NCBI GenBank assembly: GCA_030167865.1
Contig: JALAGF010006157.1
Coordinates: 1-33,621 of the forward strand
Direction of reading: 5' to 3'
Origin: Craspedostauros australis
Taxonomy: Eukaryota
DNA length: 33,621 nt
In this document: piece after piece, positions 28,993 through 33,621 of the stretch
Layout of the letters: every line of letters begins with the position of its first letter
How positions within the stretch are numbered: position 1 is the stretch's first letter
Made by a program: the position numbers and the translations under genes
The notes under the pieces: generated by a model
Database searches by the model: none
Seen by the model: the letters and a program-made list of their open reading frames with translations, nothing else
What the model was told of the DNA's origin: nothing

Positions 28993-30660
28993 CTAGTCAA
29001 TAACCTTGTACAACTCAATGCTGGACATACGACTGTACTCATCATCAATATCATCACTCTCCGCTCCCCCACTGCGGAGGACATGAATCCCTCCCGTCAG
29101 TTGATGGTGTGGAACCAGCTTGCTGAAATCTGGATGAGTGAATATATCTTTCTCACTTTCAGCTGCCATTCTCATTGCTGCATCCTTCAACACCACGCAG
29201 TTGTGTTGATGGGCGAATATCAACGCATCTACCATGGTGTCCTCTGTGAGATATTTGCAGGCCAACTCTGCTTCAAGGACAAGCTTGAGTCGCCAGAAGC
29301 CGAACTCGTTGGCCACAAGGATCAGCTGTTGCAGATCGTCCTGTCCAGTGAGGATGGGAGTTGGCTGGTGTGCGTCATCATCATCAGTGTTGTCATGATT
29401 GATGTTGTTGAAGGATATCTCACCTGTGTAGATGCATTGGAGGACGTGTCGGACGTGTTTTGGTTGAAGGTTGGGAAGAGCGACAGTTACTTGCATGGAA
29501 GCCGCGCCGTCTTCGGTGCCATCGTGAGCGCATTGATTTGAGATTCCAGAGCTGATCAATGTCTGAATGGATGGGACGGTGACCACGAGGACTTCGGAGT
29601 TTGCTTTGATTGGTTGTTGTTGGTCGTCCTGTCCACACAAGAAGATGATATCTGCCCTGTTCTCGGTTTGAAAGGATCTGAGCCGGTCTTCTCCAATGCT
29701 GATGCTGGTCCTCTTGTGGCTGCTGTGTTTGTGTTCATTCTCTTGCTTCTTCCGGTTCAACTGGTGTCCCAACTGTTGTCGCAAATGTTCATTCTCTTCT
29801 TCCTTCCGCTTCAGCTGATGTTCCAATTGTTGCTGCAGTTGTTCATTCTCTTGTGCCTTCTGTTTCTTTTCTTCCTCCTCCCGTTCCAACTGCTGCCGCA
29901 GTTGCTCATTCTCCTGCTCGTTCTCTTTCAACTGCTGTCGCAGTTCCGAGCTGCGGTGACTGAGACCAGGGATGATCGATCTCATCACGTTGATTTGATT
30001 GTTTGTCCCAATCACATCAAGGGGGGTTTTGTTGTTATTGTTTTGGATGTCGATATCGGCATTGGCTGATGCGATGAGGTACTCCACGCATTCAGAATGG
30101 CCCTCAGAGCATGCCCAATGAAGGGAAGTGGAACCATCGTTGGCTTTGCAGTTGGCGTCGGCCCCACCTGATTCGATGAGGTACTTCACACACTCCAGCT
30201 GGCTGGTCATGCATGCCCGATGCAGGGGAGTCCAACCATTGTTGGTTCTGCAGTTGGCGTCGGCCCCCCATGATTCGATGAGGTACTCGACACACTTCAG
30301 CTTGCCGTTGTGGCATGCCCAATGAAGGGGAGTCCAACCATCTTTGGTTTTGCAGTTGATGTTCGACTCACATGATTCGATGAGGTACTTCACATACTCC
30401 AGGTGGTCGTTGAAGCATGCGCAATGGAGGGGAGTCCAATCATTGCTGTCTTTGCAGTTGATGTCCGCCTCACATGATTCGATGAGGTACTTGACACACT
30501 CCAGCTGGCCGTTGTAGCATGCATGATGAAGGGGAGTCCAACCATCATGATCTTTGCAGTGGACATCAACTCCTTCATTCTGCTTCTTCCATTCCTTCAA
30601 CACCGACAAGTCACCTGCCCTGGCAGCACGAATGAGTTGTTGGTCTGTGACATTCGGCAT
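28993..30660 (-). CDS. Ankyrin-repeat / coiled-coil / BTB-POZ protein, possibly truncated at the C-terminus
   Basis: 555 aa. Five full 34-aa ankyrin repeats plus caps (GWTPLH.AC..G.LECVKYLIES), a Gln/Glu coiled coil, and a BTB-like domain (ADIIFLCG...IKANSEVL...VRHVLQCIYTGEI...LILVANEFGFWRLKLVLE) followed by BACK-like helices. Confidence 0.85.
   Translation of the reverse strand: MPNVTDQQLIRAARAGDLSVLKEWKKQNEGVDVHCKDHDGWTPLHHACYNGQLECVKYLIESCEADINCKDSNDWTPLHCACFNDHLEYVKYLIESCESNINCKTKDGWTPLHWACHNGKLKCVEYLIESWGADANCRTNNGWTPLHRACMTSQLECVKYLIESGGADANCKANDGSTSLHWACSEGHSECVEYLIASANADIDIQNNNNKTPLDVIGTNNQINVMRSIIPGLSHRSSELRQQLKENEQENEQLRQQLEREEEEKKQKAQENEQLQQQLEHQLKRKEEENEHLRQQLGHQLNRKKQENEHKHSSHKRTSISIGEDRLRSFQTENRADIIFLCGQDDQQQPIKANSEVLVVTVPSIQTLISSGISNQCAHDGTEDGAASMQVTVALPNLQPKHVRHVLQCIYTGEISFNNINHDNTDDDDAHQPTPILTGQDDLQQLILVANEFGFWRLKLVLEAELACKYLTEDTMVDALIFAHQHNCVVLKDAAMRMAAESEKDIFTHPDFSKLVPHHQLTGGIHVLRSGGAESDDIDDEYSRMSSIELYKVID
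30040..30549 (-). repeat. 102-bp tandem coding repeat (ankyrin units) x5
   Basis: GATTCGATGAGGTACT recurs about every 102 nt (~30170, 30272, 30374, 30476). Confidence 0.9.
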
Positions 30661-31225
30661 TTTGAGGGGATGGTTGATGGCGTTGGATTGGCTGTCGAGG
30701 AAGTGTGTAGTCTGAGCTATCTATGGCAGAGATATCGATTGTGTGTCTGTATTAGCTTGTATTAGTGCGAGTATCATACATTGTGTGATGAATACGAGTG
30801 GCAATCCGATGTCTGTTGTTGATGTGTTGGAGTATGGGGTTGAGTGGTGTGTGTTATTGTGTTGTTGTCTTGTTCGGATGGTCTTCTTTTTCTCTCTTTC
30901 ACTCTTTGTGCATCAGTATCTTTGTGTTTTTGTGTTCGCCAAAAATCCCGAGTGGTATTTCGGAGACTGAAATCGGGCGCCTTGTTGATGACATCACAGC
31001 CTGTGGCATTGCTCTCTCATCACATAATAGTAAATGCACACCAACCAACTCCAATCAACTGATTGGTGATTGGAGTATCGTGTCTGTACATACTCGTAGA
31101 AATGGCATGATCGTGCCATGCCTACTTGCAATGTGCAACGCAAGGATTTGATGATGTTTCTATGCATGAGGTATGCAGAACACAATAATCCAGTCTTTGA
31201 ATGTACCATAGGAGATCGATTATTA

Positions 31226-31987
31226 TTAGAGCTTGCTGCGTTGCTTGGTTTTTGCCGATCGCACGGTTTGTCGTACTGCTTCGTATGGGGTTGTGCCTTG
31301 AATTTCTTTGACTCTCATGGCGTGCACCTTTTTGTATGCAGGCCGTTGCGTGCAAAGCGCCATGTAGTTGCGCATGCACTCCACATCTTTCCACGTTTCA
31401 TCCCAGCCGATCTCTTGGCTGATTTCCAACCCGTACACGTATATCGGATCTGCGGGCGTGAAATGCTTTCCCATGAGGTAAGGACCTTCCTGTTGCAGCT
31501 GCTTGATCAAAGCGCGATTGGCTTTGTTGAAGTGCTTCCTCGCCTGCTTCACCGCTTCGGGGATGTAGCCGTATATTTCTCCCATTGTCTCGTATTTCGA
31601 TTGAACGCAAATGCCTTGTGCATCCAGGTCTGATGTCAGCACGGAGATGGTCTGATCGTACCTCGCGCGCTCATGGCTGCCAGCACGAGGGACCAGCGTC
31701 GGATGCTCGTTGCAGAACGTGTCGCCCAGGTACGTGTTGATGGCGGAGCTTTCGCACAAAGTGAATCCGTCTGGCGTGATCAGCACGGGCACCCTGCGGA
31801 GCCCGGTCGCCTTCTTGAGTTCCTCTGAGTGTGGAAGGACTGCGAGATGCTCGTAGTCAGCACCCAGTTCTTCCAGTATCCACAAACATCGGAATGTTCG
31901 CAAGAGAGCTGGTCCAAATATCTTGTACTTGCCAGATGATGCGGCTGGTTCGGATGATGCGGATGATGCGGCTGATACGGTTTTCAT
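31226..31987 (-). CDS. Glutathione S-transferase family protein
   Basis: 253 aa. GST-N features (RCLWILEELGADYE, RVPVL, LCESSAINTYL) and GST-C feature (GPYLMGKHFTPAD). Confidence 0.92.
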   Translation of the reverse strand: MKTVSAASSASSEPAASSGKYKIFGPALLRTFRCLWILEELGADYEHLAVLPHSEELKKATGLRRVPVLITPDGFTLCESSAINTYLGDTFCNEHPTLVPRAGSHERARYDQTISVLTSDLDAQGICVQSKYETMGEIYGYIPEAVKQARKHFNKANRALIKQLQQEGPYLMGKHFTPADPIYVYGLEISQEIGWDETWKDVECMRNYMALCTQRPAYKKVHAMRVKEIQGTTPYEAVRQTVRSAKTKQRSKL

Positions 31988-32690
31988 GTTTGTTATCAGT
32001 CAATGAGTTCATCAGTCTATCAGTCGATCTGTCGCTGATTCAATGAGTCAATGAAGCTGTCAGAATCAACCAAACAATCAAATCGCCGATGGCTCGGGAT
32101 CATGGTGTTGGACTCGGCTTCTCACCACTGTTTCTCATGCGAGTACGGACAGTGATCTCTGCGTTGCGCCCAGATCAACGTGAGGTTTCGCTGGGGCTTC
32201 CGGTGAACTGCCTGACATGGGAAGTCGGACATACTGTTGGTGGACTGAAGAACAATAGTAGTCGTGAATGAGATTTATTTAGTCATGGTTCTCATGTTCT
32301 TCAGACATTGGAGGGTTCGAGTGGCCCCAGAAATTGGGTACTGAGACACGCCAGGATGACTCAATGCCAGGGGGGGGCCCGCAATAGAGACTGGTCTGGG
32401 CACAATGGAGACAGTCACTTTCGTGAGGATTAGGGCCTTTCCAATGCCATGTGACGTCAGGATTCGCTTTCTTTCTTTCCTGTCTCCCACACTGTTTCGT
32501 CAAACTGTTTGTTTCCTCATGGTACCAACATTGGTTTTCGCATTTTTGCCCAATCTGAACAAAAATTATTGTTTGACTCTCTCGGAAATCGTTGATTGCA
32601 AATTTCCTCCAGAAATTCTGCTCATTTTTGTGTGTCCGATTTCATGATGTGCTTTCGATCAATCACAGTTCACTATCGGCACAAACATAG

Positions 32691-33285
32691 TTGCGCCATC
32701 TGTGCGTAGAGTACAAGAGAACAATGGGTGACCGATGCACATACACATATGCACATTCCAACAGACTGAGGCAGTGGAAGGTGATAAATGATAGGAGGCA
32801 CATAGAATGGGACACAGTGGGCAAGGCCATGCAGGGCCTGGATCGGGTGAAGGCCACACTGACCTTCAAATTGGTGACAGGTGAGGCTGCATTCGGAAAG
32901 CACATGCACCAATGGGGCCACCAGGAATCCAGCACATGCCCAAGCTGCAGCCAGGAAGAGACAACAGCTCACTTCTGGTGCTGTCAGGCCAAGATCTGGT
33001 GCAAGATTGCAGGGCAAGGGATTCTCAGGCTGCAGAAATGGATGATGCGATACCTCCACCAGCCCGCAACTCATGCGAGTGGTGACAGCCCTGCTCAAAA
33101 TCCAGACCGCGGGCACCATGCATCTTCAACCTCCTGATGCAGGGCTTGGCATCACAGCAGTGGCTCAGCACCAGCAAGAGGCTGGGCTGCAATCTCTACA
33201 ACTTGGATCTGCTGGGCAAGCAGTGGGTGAAACAACAAGCCCTCTTTCTGGAATCACAAGGATTGTTGGCAAGTTCCGCTCACGG
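32691..33285 (+). pseudogene. Degenerate fragment of a non-LTR retrotransposon ORF2 C-terminus (CCHC zinc-knuckle region)
   Basis: IEWDTVGKAM...KLVTGEAAFGKHMHQWG...CPSC-x7-H-x2-CC (~32937-32984). Similar-looking sequence continues in two other frames (…VAQHQQEAGLQSLQLG / LLGKQWVKQQ…), implying frameshifts. The stretch is CpG-poor. Confidence 0.7.
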
Positions 33286-33621
33286 TAACCTACGATCGTG
33301 GAAGATGGTGTTGGTTGATAGTCGTTTGTTTGCTATTTCATTAGTTGGCTACTCCGATCCTCTCGGTGTACGCCGTTCTCTTGCCCGATGCTCTTGGTGC
33401 TTCAATCTGTTTTGTAGATTCGGTCTCCGACTATGAGTCGGTACGCGAGATGCTCTCTCGCTTCTCTCTCTCTGTATTCTCTCTCTCTCTCAACATCGTG
33501 TGCTCGTCGCGCACAATACTCCATGTTCGATACGTATTTCGTATTCGACACTCCGTTCATTCAGTACTGGCTCCTACTCCATGAGTACTCGCCATTTGAA
33601 GTTCACCTTCTGTATCCATGA

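Noticed and set aside
30040..30549. Regularly spaced repeats as a CRISPR-like array
   Set aside because: They are in-frame 102-bp ankyrin coding units in a eukaryotic gene, with no unique spacers and no cas genes.

Overview
Eukaryotic, gene-dense, nearly intron-free DNA, most likely from a diatom or another stramenopile (inferred from gene content, not proven). Positions 1-~6000 hold the 5' part of an apparently intact non-LTR retrotransposon on the minus strand, resembling the diatom Ambal clade. It has ORF1 with a PHD-type finger and ORF2 with an AP-endonuclease and reverse transcriptase that runs off the window edge; the ORF track misses ORF2. A 50-N gap with a 282-bp false duplication sits at the ORF1/ORF2 junction. 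A housekeeping block follows: an SGT1/HPAT-like glycosyltransferase, NOP9, TRAPPC11, NFU1, a two-exon alternative oxidase whose EF-hand loop is only formed on splicing, RPN6 and a sulfotransferase-like gene. The last ~7.5 kb looks accessory: a small hypothetical gene, a 12-bp minisatellite, an ankyrin/coiled-coil/BTB gene with variable repeat surfaces and a probable premature stop, a GST, and a frameshifted, CpG-depleted relic of a non-LTR ORF2 3' end. I cannot demonstrate a wholly new system. The best leads are the EF-hand AOX with a TGACGT-rich promoter, the diversified ANK-BTB gene and the intact retroelement. All family calls are by-eye motif recognition; no searches were run.
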